Assembly (NCBI GenBank): GCA_977020255.1 | Contig: CDROCS010002607.1 | Coordinates: 1-64,000, forward strand | Direction of reading: 5' to 3' | Source: Obrimoposthia wandeli | Taxonomy: Eukaryota | Length of the DNA: 64,000 nucleotides | Shown: positions 37,301 through 49,706 of the stretch, piece after piece | Layout of the letters: the number at the start of each line of letters is the position of its first letter | Position numbering within the stretch: the stretch's first letter is position 1 | Position numbers and translations under genes: made by a program | Notes under the pieces: model-generated | Databases searched by the model: none | The model's input: only the letters and a program-made list of their open reading frames with translations | Told to the model about the DNA's origin: nothing

Positions 37301-40300
37301 ATGAATTAGAAGAATTGTTTATCTACATGTCAAGTAATAATAAGAAAGACTTAGACATTTTTTATATGCGCAATGGTCACCATGATTACGATATGGACAG
37401 AAAATATTTCTTGGAATTTTTAATAGATGATCACGTGAAATATTTAAAGTATTCAACCTCAATTTAGGAAAATATTTTTTTAAAGTCATATATTTTTTGC
37501 CATCCATGTCATCTAAAACATAAAAAATTCCATTTTCAATTTCAAAATTAAATTTAATAGTATCGAAAATACATATTTCACAAAAAGCCTTATGTCCTTC
37601 TTTCCATTTTAATAAATGGAAATATTTAGTTAGATATAAATTAGTAAATTTTTTCTTATAATCTAAACTTTTAAATGGGATATCTATATGAAATATGAAA
37701 TGCAAAGGATGAAAAACGTCGCATACATCCATAATACATAATTCTTTTATAATATAATCCCCATTTTTGTTAATGAAAGCCTCAAAATCTATGATATATT
37801 CCTGCATAATTATCTAAATTTGTAGCAAATCCCGTTGTTTATAACGAAGTACTTTCATGTTAAGATTGGAATATTTTGTCAATTCTCCTATGTAACATAA
37901 TCAATAAAGACAAAATAATAATCAAAAATTTATTTTTTTGTAGAAGGACCCTCTTCCGGTTTAATCTGGAGGATTCTCTTTCTTGCTGCTCGCCGAACAT
38001 CCTCCATCTCTTCTCTTCTTTTTTCATCCACCTTCCTTTTTTCCAATTCGATCTTCTTATTCCACTCCACGATTCGACGGCGTTCTGCTAGCCTCCTATC
38101 CTGTATCTCCACCCGATGATTCCACTCTGTCGCGACAGCAGTATACAAATTTTGATTGAGGACCCTCTTTCTTAAGTCCCCTTTCTTCTCATTTATTCTT
38201 ATGTTTGCTTCAATCTTCGTCACCAGACTCTTCATTTTAATGAATTCCATTTTTTAATTATGAAAAGGTTAATAAATTTGAACCTATATATATAAATTAA
38301 AGATATTTTTTAATCCAATTAAATGATATATTTTTATTTATCAAATGAGAGTTTAATAAATCTATAACTTATCATTGTAAATAAACTTAAAGATAGTATT
38401 TCTAAATTTTAAAAAAAAATATTAAGAAGAAAACATATGAAACTAATTTTTATAAATTATATATTTAAACAATTTTACGAAGTCATCATTGGGATCATCC
38501 GGGTCGTAATCCCTCCGACTAAGTATTATAGGAGAAAGCGGTACTGGTTCCTTCTTCTTTGGCCGGCCCGGTTTCTTTTTCGGTTTCACCGGTTGCTGTA
38601 CAGCAATTGTCCTTCCCTCAGGTTTTGGCAATAGTTGCCGCAACTTTTTGGGAGGAGGTGCAGCCGATGTTGATGGTTCCGACGTAGAAGTCCACTTCCG
38701 TGGAGCTTTCTTCTGTTTCTCCTCCTTCTCACGCTGAAGCTGGCGTGAGACGGCATCCTGTTGCCCATGCGAATCTGGAAGCATTGCCGGTGAATCCAGT
38801 TCCGCCCGGAATTCATCCAATCCAGCGTCATCCCAGGCCCTCTTCAAGTTTTGGCTGGTTGTTGGACGAGTAGAAGCAGTCTCCTGCAGGCGTCGTTGAC
38901 TTGAGGGCGGACTTATCTCGATCGGCGAGACTGGGATCCTCTCATATAAGATTGGTCCGTCGTCCACTGGAGATTGGAGAATCTCCTGCTGACCAATCAC
39001 CGTCTCAGAATAATGACCAATTGAGGTTTTACATTTTCTCGAGCGTCTTGTCTTCTTCACCTCTGCCCTCTTCGTCCGTTTCCGCGAGAAAGGAGTAACT
39101 TCTCCCCAAGTCTCCTCAAATATCTGGACGGATTCCTGCAAAATATTAATAAAATTTAAACATATAAATAATTTACCTCAATGATGGGCAGGTTAGCCTG
39201 TTTCCACAACTTGGCCTTCTTCCGCGTGAGGGTTTTGACCCGATGGCGTTGCGGTTTCTTAACTGCCGCTTGCTTCCTATCCACCGGTTGAATAGACGTT
39301 GCCTCTTCGTGAATATTCTCCATCTATATGAATTATTAAATTTAATATCTAAATAATTTACCTTAAAATTATCTGGAGACGCTAGGTATCGGAGCTGACT
39401 CCTTGGCAGCTCCTGGCTGCATTGACTCGCCAAGTACTGCGGTTCAATTAGCCTCTCCACCATGGTCACTGACGGTGCCAAATCCAGTTGAAGTTTCTGA
39501 AAATGAAATTAAAAAAACATTTAAAATAAATGATGTCTAACCTCATTCGTCGGTTTTATTCTCCTAACAGGAGATTTTGGCCTTTTGAATGGTTCAGGCA
39601 TTGTATTATCTGCTTTCGGAGTAGCAGAGGGAGTGCGACCATCCCAATCGTCGGTGAACAGGTGCCACTCGTCCTCGTCCAATTCTGCTACCATCGACTC
39701 GTTGGCTTCAGGGGCTCCGATACTTGGCTGTATCCAGTCGTCGATGAATGGAGTCAAGTCCTCCTCCCAATCCGAAGGTACATCATCGGTGAACAGCTCC
39801 TCGTCTGAGTCTGGTGTGAGGACTTTCTCCGGTTGAGACAGCGGGATCAATTTCCAGGTGCATGTGATTGCCGCCTCAAAATTGTCGAAGAGATTGGATC
39901 TCCCTGCTGCTACTGCTGAAGTTGCCGGACGATTGGGTTTTGTGTTTTGTCTGGGAGTACAGTCTTCCCAATTCTCAATCGAATCCTGACTAGTCAGATC
40001 GATATATTGGGATCTCTGTACCCAACCTCTCACGTCCATTGGTTCTTCTCTTGGAGTTGAGCTGGCCAATGAGGCTTCCAACAGGTTCGTTCTTGCTGCT
40101 GCTTCTCCTTCGCTCACCACCGATGACTCTTGACTATCTAAGTCAATGTATTGCGACGGTGGTGGCGTTCGCTGCTGCACTGGAGAGAGATCCCCATAGA
40201 GTTGAACCTCCGTCTCTTCGTCTAGGTCAACGTTGTTGTAGAATGGCATAGTTGATTTATGAAAAATAATGAACGGAGGTGTCTTTATATACACAAACAT

Positions 40301-43300
40301 CTTACTAACCCTCTTTTATTGTCCAATGAGAGCCTCTTATTCAAATAATTTTTGTAATGTTTTTTTTGTGCCTGTAGATCAAAAATGAAGCCTGCCCCTA
40401 AGGGGCGGGTGGTGTATGTTAGTGTATGACACGGGTCGTTTACATTTGTAGTTGTGAGAGGTAAAGTGATACTGTAGCGCATGTTTTGTAGTTATTTTCG
40501 TGAGAATAGAGCCCGCCCGAAGGGGCGGGTGGAGGGTGGAGTGTTTCGGTGGTGTGGTGTGGCGTGGTGTGGCGTGGTGTGGTATGGCGTGGTGTGGCGT
40601 GGTGTGGTGTGGTGTGGTGTGGTGTGGTGTGGTGTGGTGTGGTGTGGCGTGGTGTGGTGTGAGAGCGAGACATCCGTACATCGCCAAGCTAGTCTGTGAC
40701 CTATATGAAAGCGAGATATCCGTACATCGCCAAGCTAGTCTGTGACCTATATGAGAACGAGATATCCGTACATCGCAGGACTAGTCTGTGACCAATGTCG
40801 GTCCCGTACCCCCCTTGTCCTTTAAAACCGTGCATGTGTGTAGAGTGAAATTTCACTCCACACACCTACACGAAATTTCACTCCACACACATGCACGGTT
40901 TTAAAGGACAAGGGGGAAGGGGGTGTGGATTAGACCGGACACATCCACCTACTTATGTTGACTACTTCAATGGGTAAGGTACAAAAGAAGGGCTGTCATT
41001 ATCGAGGGATATGTTGACTACTTCAATGGGAAAGGTACAAAAGAAGGGCTGACATTATCGAGGTATATGTTGACTTCTTCAATAGGAAAAGTACAAAAGA
41101 AGGGCTGTCATTATCGAGGGATATGTTGACTTCTTCAATTGGAAATCTACAAAAGAAGGGCTGTCATTATCGAGGGATATGTTGACTTCTTCAATGGATA
41201 AGGTACAAAAGAAGGGCTGTCATTATCGAGAGATATGTTGACTACTTCAATGGGAAACGCCCCTGACTTTTAAAATTATTCTTTTATTAGCTTGAAGTCG
41301 TCATTGCCTTAACACATTTATAGGAAGACTATATTAGCAATTTTATATGTAAATTTGAAAATATTGACATCATCAATTTTCTCTAAAAGAGCACCACCGA
41401 ATTTTTTTGTGTGCAGCATAGATAATCTCTGTGATAAAGATAAAGTTTCATTGGCTGTCTCCTGTCCCCTTTGCCAAGAGTACGTTTATGCTCCCAGGTG
41501 TGTGGAAGACGAGAAGTTCAAGTGCCTGCAATACTGGCCGGATGAAATCAATGGCTATGCCAAGTTCGGGTCTAAGAAGGAGCTCAAAGTCACTATGACG
41601 TCAGAAAGATCTCTCGAGAGCCACATTGAACGCGGTCTTCGTGTACTCCACAAGGTAGTTGAATCAGCTGTTGATTTTTACATATTAAATGGCAAAATTA
41701 GAATGTATAAGACGCCATAGTCGCAGCACCGCAACATCGTCAGACATCTTTGAAGTAGTCGCTAAATTCCGGATTATTCTGATTTTCGTAGTCACATTTT
41801 AGGAGAAGAAGTGTCACTTGATAAATTGTCTTTTGGGAAAGCCATAGGTATGGGGAACAAAACCACGTTGCCCCAAACATTCATAGGATTATTTAATCTC
41901 AAGTTAAAATTCTTATGAAAAATGCCAAAGTTTTGAAAAGGTATAAAAGATCAAGACATATTTTAACAATTTCAGAATTTCGTAAGCAGACTGATAACCT
42001 GATGATCTTCTGATTTGAGATGTACTCTTGTTCTCTTACGCGAATGAAAACGCATCAAACATGACATATTCTTCTTTTATATAGTGATGTTTTGTCTGTA
42101 ACGTTTCATAATATTTTTAAGATCAACAAATTAACAAAAATTTTATTATTATTGTTGTAAAATTAAGAAGATAGTACAAGAGTTTGAATTATGCAAAAAT
42201 ATATAAATATTAAAACAACAATACATATACAAACAAGGATTATTTCATCACACCTTCCCCCTTTTCTTCTTTACTGTCTGAATCGAATTGGTTTCTGCCT
42301 CTGTCTTCTAGGATGTTTCTTTTGCGATTGTTCAATCTCGTCTTCTGTTATCAGATCCGGAAGTTCCACAGATTGGGATATTATAGAAGTGGGTGTTTCT
42401 GATTCTGGTGTATTTTCCCCTTCATTTCTTTTAATATGTACCATATTTCTCTCCACTACTTTTTATCTCCAATTCTTTCTAATTGATAAGAGTGTTTCCA
42501 TAACATTTTAAAACTTTATACTGCCCTTCATATCTGGGTTGATCAATTCCTTTAATACCAGGCAGTATTCTCATCATTACCATTTCTCCTTTCTTTAATT
42601 CGTTTGCACATTTCATTTTCTTTGGTACAAATAACTTTGTCTCTTCTCAAGTCATTTTATGAACTTCACTTAATCTCTTCCTAAGTTCGTTTATATACTC
42701 ATTAGCGTTGTTTATTTTCCTTAGTTGCTCATTTTTTGTTTGGAATATAGATTTCATTTTTGCATCCAAGTATTATTTCAAATGGAGATAAACCCGTAAC
42801 TATGTTAGCTGTCATTCTCAAACCCAATTCGACTGTTGGTATAGCTTCTTCCCAATCACATCTTCTAGATTGTGACGTAGCAAATATAATGTCCTTAGCT
42901 GTACCAAATAGCATTTCGATTATTCGATCACCTTGAGGATAGTAGGGTGCGCTTCGTGATTTTCTAATTTCAAACATGGGACAAAATTCATACATTTATT
43001 CATTTTCAAATGATTTCCCTCGATCCGAGTGTATTTTATCAGGGATACCGAAACAACTCATCCATCTTTCGAAGAGATATTTACATATACAAGAAATATA
43101 CAAGCTGACAGAACAAGAAAAAATAGAACATAGAGACTATTGGGTGTATGTATGCATGTATGTCTGAATACTTACAAGAAATACAAGGTATATACACAAG
43201 GATAGAGAAAATAGAGACTATTGGGTGTGTGTATGCATGTATTACTGAATACTTACAAGAAATATACAAAACTTTAATTATTATTAATCATTACATCTCT

Positions 43301-46300
43301 ATATTTTACAATTCGAATAGATATTGTTTATCATAATAACAACTATATTATGTTCTAAAAGTATTGATGTATTGAGAAAATTAATGATATGATCAGGAAA
43401 TTTACAATATTTAGATGATTCTAAAGACTAAATTAATGATATGTCCATGAAATCTATGATATTTAGGACGTTCTAAGGAAGAAATTATGTGAGATTTAGT
43501 AATATTTATTAGCATTGCTTGGAAGTTTTCAGTTGATTGAATAAATGTAGGGAACAGCATACATTGATAGAGTGTGTATAAGAAAATTGACTATAGTAAT
43601 ATTATATGTCTGTGTGTATATGTGTGTATGTGTGTGTGTGTGAATACTTACAAAAATTTACAAGTTGAGAGAACATATGAGAGAACTATATGTTCTATAT
43701 CATGTTCTAAAAGTATTGATGTATTCAGGAAATTAATGATATGTTCAGAAAATTTACAATATTTAGATTCTTCTAGAAGAGAAACAGGGAAATTTCGTGG
43801 AAGTTGAATGGTTTAAGGAGGAAAATAACGTGGAAGTTAGGATAATTCCATGGTAGTAAGGAAAATCTAGTGGAAGTTAGGGAAATCTTGCAGTAGTTAG
43901 GGAAATCTCATGGAAGTTGAGTGGTTTAAGGAGGAAAATAACGGGCAAGTTATGGAAATCTCATGAAAGTTGAGTGGTTTAAGGATGAAAATAACGTGGA
44001 AGTTAGGGAAAAATCATGGAAGTTGAGTGGTTTCAGGAGGAAAATATCATAAAAGTTAGCATAATCCCATGATAGTTGAGGAAATCTCATGGTAGTTATG
44101 GAAATCTTCCAGTAGTTAGGGAATTCTCATGGAAGTTGAGAGGTTTAAGGAGGAAAATAACGTGGTAGTTACGATAATCTCATGGATGTTAAGAGGTTTA
44201 AGAGGAAAAAATATAACAAGTATTAATGTTTAAGGAAAGAATAGCATATAATCAGACCAATATCAAGCCTACCTCTTTCATTAAAGCATTCATAGATGGA
44301 TGTTTTTTAAATAACAGACATAATTTAACGTTACTTATACATCAATGTTGATTGATTGAAATATTTTACCTTGCAGTTGTTTAAAATATTATACGTTGTA
44401 GTTGTTTAACTTTAAACATTTTGTTGTAAAAACTAAAATATTAAGACTTTTGAGTTAGATAATCAGGTTAGGCTGTAAAGGAAAACATTGGAAATTTTAT
44501 AAGAATGAATCTAATAATCAATAAATCGAGACATATCCATATCTTCTAACATCTCTATCATAAATTTTCTTTCAAAAACTTTCATCCCTAACTTTCAGAG
44601 AAATTACCAAATACCATAAATTCATATATTTCCATACATATTGATTATTGAAAAACTGAACTGATCAATATTATCAACATCTAATCTCACTATTATCAAC
44701 CATCATAAAGTGGTTGATAATAGGAATAAATATTTTTCTAATGTGTCTTTGAGATTTAGACTATAAAATGGAATAATATAGTTAAATATAGAGAAGACTT
44801 AGATGTTTTGATTATCATACAAGCTCGCATACAAAGAATCTTATACCAAAATTATCGATAATACACATATTTCATCTATATAATAACACATGTTGTAAAT
44901 CCTAATAAAACCTTAACAATAATTCATCATAACTATTTTATTGTTTAATCTATTCTATCAAGTAGCTACTGATTATTGAATCTAGGGGCTAGGTTTAATA
45001 TTTCTAAAGATAGCATAGTTTCTCACCATTTTATTAATATATTACTATTCATTACTAACGTTTCATAAATCATCTAATTCAATAAATATCAATATTCACA
45101 TCAATATATCCTTAACTTTCGAACTTCTTATAAAATATTAATAAATATAAAGGATAAAATACGTACCTTTATTAGTTAATTCCATAGAGTCCAAACAGAA
45201 GTCACTAAACCACAGGGTGCAATCTTGTATATTCCATTGTAATTCGGTTGGGTAGACATTGATCCATTGATATTTCAAAAAATGACATCATAATATTGGA
45301 TTTTTCTTCTTGAGTTTCCATGAATAATATGATGACGTTGCTATAAATCAGCTTACATGTTTATTTAAATATATCTTTGTTTATATAAAACTGAGACTCA
45401 GATTAACCAATAAGAATAGATGATACAATGTTACTAAAAATATATTATTTTATAGGGTTAAGAAGAGGAAAATCTCATGGTGGTTAAGTTGTTTATGGAG
45501 AGTTGCTGAACATATTTATATTTGCATATAATATATGTAAAGATGTCCATGTTCTGATTGGTTGATGCAATTATTGACTAAATATTGCAAGCTTCTAATT
45601 GGATAACAAGAACAAGGGAAGTAGGTGCATGTGTACATGTATAAATTTGGACATAAATTTGTAAGATAAAACATCAATATTTATTATAAATTTCTATAAC
45701 ATTATACATCCTTCGTAATCTTCCATATAGGTTTTAAACTTCAATCACATTTGGTCATAAATCCTTGAATCATTATGAATAGAGTCCATTTTCCATTTTT
45801 CATATCCTTTTCAACATTCCAATAATCTGCAAAAATACCTTCATCAGCTCTCACCAATATAGAATTTCTATGGATTTTATATCCAATATCCAATTGTTGC
45901 ATGAGTTCATTCAATTGTATAACATCTTCTTCATAGATATATCTGATGATATAGTCAAACTTGATTTTCGTTACATTGACATGATTGGAGAAGTGGTATG
46001 TTATAGGATTTTCAAGTAAATACATATCCCATCCGAATTTATGATAAGGATCTTGAAATTTCGGTTTCTTCAATTTGATGACATCATTGAAGATATCTAA
46101 TTGTTGAATAAAATCCATAGACTGTTTCTTGCTTCTTTTCTTCAATGCAATGGAATTGATCCTCTTCACTGATATTGCTATCTTCTTCTCGATGTTTATC
46201 AATATTGTGATCAGAAATAATGTCTGAATTGTTTATATTCTATCTAACCTCACATGATTGGTTGAGGATTTGTTTGGTTGTATTCCTGAATGCATGTTAT

Positions 46301-49300
46301 TATTACTCATTTTGTTTATATCTCGTGTGAGTTCTATATAAGGATATATGAATAAGACATAATGAAACTCTCAAATTATAAAGCACCCTAACCCTAACCA
46401 CGCCCATATCCCTAACCCTAAGCCATACCCTAAATATTTCAATCAATCAACATTGATGTATAAGTGCCACATCTACCTACTTTACGTCTTAAACATTCTT
46501 TGCAATTTGTCACAGTCAGTCTAATTTCAAAATTCATGTTCGGCCAGTAATAATTTTGAGCTGTGACCTCTTTTGTTTTTGATATGCATATATGCCCATA
46601 CATCATATGGGCTTGTCTTATGACTTCTAATCGTCTAGTGATCTTCTTCTGTTTTTCCAAACATGAGAATGTCATCAAGATAAATGAGGCATTCTTTCCA
46701 ATCTTCTTCCTTGAGAATTAACTTCATCGCTCTTTGAAACGTTGCTGGAGCCGCTGCAAGACGCATGGGCATTCTTCAAAATTCCCAATGCCCTATTCTA
46801 TTGCTGAAAGCTGTTTGCTCAAAATCATCTTTAGATAAAGAAATGTTATAATATCTTGCGGCAAGATCAATGGCGCTAAAATATTTGGATCCGCGAAGTG
46901 CATCAAACAACTGCTGAGATTCTGGTATAGGAAAAGTAGGTATCTTTGTTTTATTATTTAATCTTCTAAAATCCATCGTTAACCGAATTTCTCCGTTTTT
47001 CTTCGGCACTTCTACAATTGGAGCATTCCATTCCGATACACTGAAATAAGCTCATCTACATTTTCCTGAACCGCAATGGCATTCGTCTAATATTTTCCCT
47101 TATCGGGTTCGAGTCTTTCAGTTCAATTTTATGTTCAATTACTGATGTCAGACCAATATCACATTCTGAAATGCTGAATATATCACTAAATTCTTCAATC
47201 AGCTTCACAACAATTCTGTTATTCTGCTCATCTATACACTTTGGTGCACATAAGATCCATTTATAAATTGTTTTTGAAGGATGTTTTTGCATTGCTTTTA
47301 TAAATGACATGATTAAGGGGTAAATAATCTACATTTCATGTCCAGAGGAATTAAAACAACATTATTAATAACATTTATTCATTTTTTTAAATTAATGTGA
47401 GTCTGCATTTCGGTAGTGCATCATAATGAGTCGTGAGTCCTCAGTATGCTCTCCGATTCGCACAGATACGTAGATTAAATATATTCGCTACATTTGACTT
47501 TTCTCGGTTAACATAAACTTCAAATTTTCTGGCTTGCAGATTGCTGTTTTGCTCCATATCAAATAAGTCTGCAGCTAATTTCCTTCACAATTAAATCTTT
47601 TTTTGAAAGGAAAAGATGTAAATTCCACAATTTCTTTAATTCATTTCTCAGTACTACTTGAAGCATATTTGGAAAATGGTTCAGTTTCTTCTATCAACAA
47701 AATAAATTTGGTGCATTGAATCATCTAGTTTTATTTTACCTTGTAATTCTAAATTTAAATGGCTTACTGTAAATGCTAAGTCACTAAGCCAGGTATTTAT
47801 TTTTTTCATTAAGAAATTCTATTATTTCAGGCATCCAAATCGTTGCATTTACCTCTACTTAGCCATCTTACATCAGTATGCAATAATTCAGACTGACCTT
47901 CATTTTTAGTTGAAAGCAAAAACTTATTGAATTAACTTTCAAACGCGACGTCCATTACTTCTTTGTATTTAGTCTCTTGCTGGAGCTCAGTGGTAACTTA
48001 ATTCATCGTCATTTCGACATAGAGCTATGATCATTGCAGCTGGGTTGTTATTGAAACTAATTTAAAAAGAGGTACTTTCTTATCATTAAGCAGACTTTTA
48101 AACCCGTCTACACCTTAGTCCTTTCTTTCAAAGAAATCATATTCTTCTTTAGATGTAAAATCTTCAAAACTAAACGAATGAAAACAAGTAACTTGCAGTA
48201 TCACTTATATATGTCGATTCATCACATTGAAGAGAAAAACAAGAGCATCTGTTAATATCATTTTGTAACTGCAAATTTCCAATCTTTCGTCGCATCACTG
48301 TGTTTCCAGTTGTAGATCTTGAATTGCAGCAGTAATTTCGAAAATCATTAAAAAGGGAATCCGAGATTTCCAAGAACATTTCCTTTACAAATTCACCAAC
48401 AGAAAATGGTCTACACTTTTTCGCTAATAGATAGCTTACTTTGAAGGATGCAGTTGTTACTGCTTGTGACTTCAATATTGGCTCTTGAAAATATTTGTTG
48501 ATTTGTTAATTGAGTTTTAAGATCCCGAACTTTACGTTAATTTGGTGGATAATCTGTTTGATACTTGTTATGTAAAGATAAGAAATGTCTCTCCAAATTT
48601 TTTTAGCAATGGCTATCGAGCTAAGACATATTAAGCAGCAACATTTATCATTCACCATCGTAAAAAAATAGTTAATTTCATTCTTCATTGAAATGATATG
48701 TTTTCGATTTTGGTTTGCTATCCATGTTCATAAATAGGTATACTAAAATGCAAAATATACGACTTAATAATAGGCATGTAATAAAAGTCAGTAACAATAT
48801 AAATTACAATTAATACCTGGTGTAGGTTTAGCCGATAAAACGAAATAGCTAATCATACTTAATAGTTGCGAATAATTAAATTATTATTTTAAATAATGCT
48901 TATAAATATTTAATTAAGATTTAAATAATTTTATTTAAAATATATCTCTTATATACTTGCACAATTAATTTAAAGAACACTAATATTTCATTAATACTTA
49001 CAAATGAAACAATCCGCAAGAGAAATTGACTGTAGCGTACAAACACTAACTTCAGAATGAAAATTTAACACTATATTCTGCAAAATTAGATTCCAAGAAT
49101 TAATCCTAATGGCATGCAATTTAAATGTTATTATTTTAATAGTCATAAATTTCTCAGAAGTGTAAATACAAGTCAATTTTAAACGCACTGTATTTCAGAT
49201 TTATTAAATAAACATCATTTATATACGTTTTTATATGTATTGTATAAGTTTTTATCATAAGCCGAAGTATTATGCTGATTTTGTAATATCCCAATTCAAA

Positions 49301-49660
49301 TAAATTTTCAATAAAAATACCAAAGTGGGTATGCCAGAAATCGTCTCCTCCCTAAAGCCAAGCGCCGGCTGGTCGCCGTAGTACTTTCTTTAGAAAAGTG
49401 GATGAATATGGGAATTGCTGCGATTTATTGCAGGAATTAGCCGTTGACATACACTCTAGTTATGATGGTGATCAATGGTGTAAAAACTGGCGACTAACCC
49501 CTCGTCATGGGTTCGAACTGACGATTAACTGCCATTTATAATTAGACGTGCTTATGGTGAAAGGTCAACAATGCTGCTAGAACCTTCTTTCTTGAAGACG
49601 AAAGTGGTGTGTTTGTGGTTTGGTGTGGAATGTTGGTCTAATAAAGACCGGTCACCTTGT

Positions 49661-49706
<46 letters not shown>

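Larger units (their letters stand above)
25181..40953. mobile_element. Full-length Polinton/Maverick, decaying
   Basis: AGTAGG...CCTACT termini, 6-bp TSD TATGTT (25175-25180 and 40954-40959), TIRs over 600 bp, and core genes pPolB, integrase, ATPase, protease, major and minor capsid. Confidence 0.97.
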
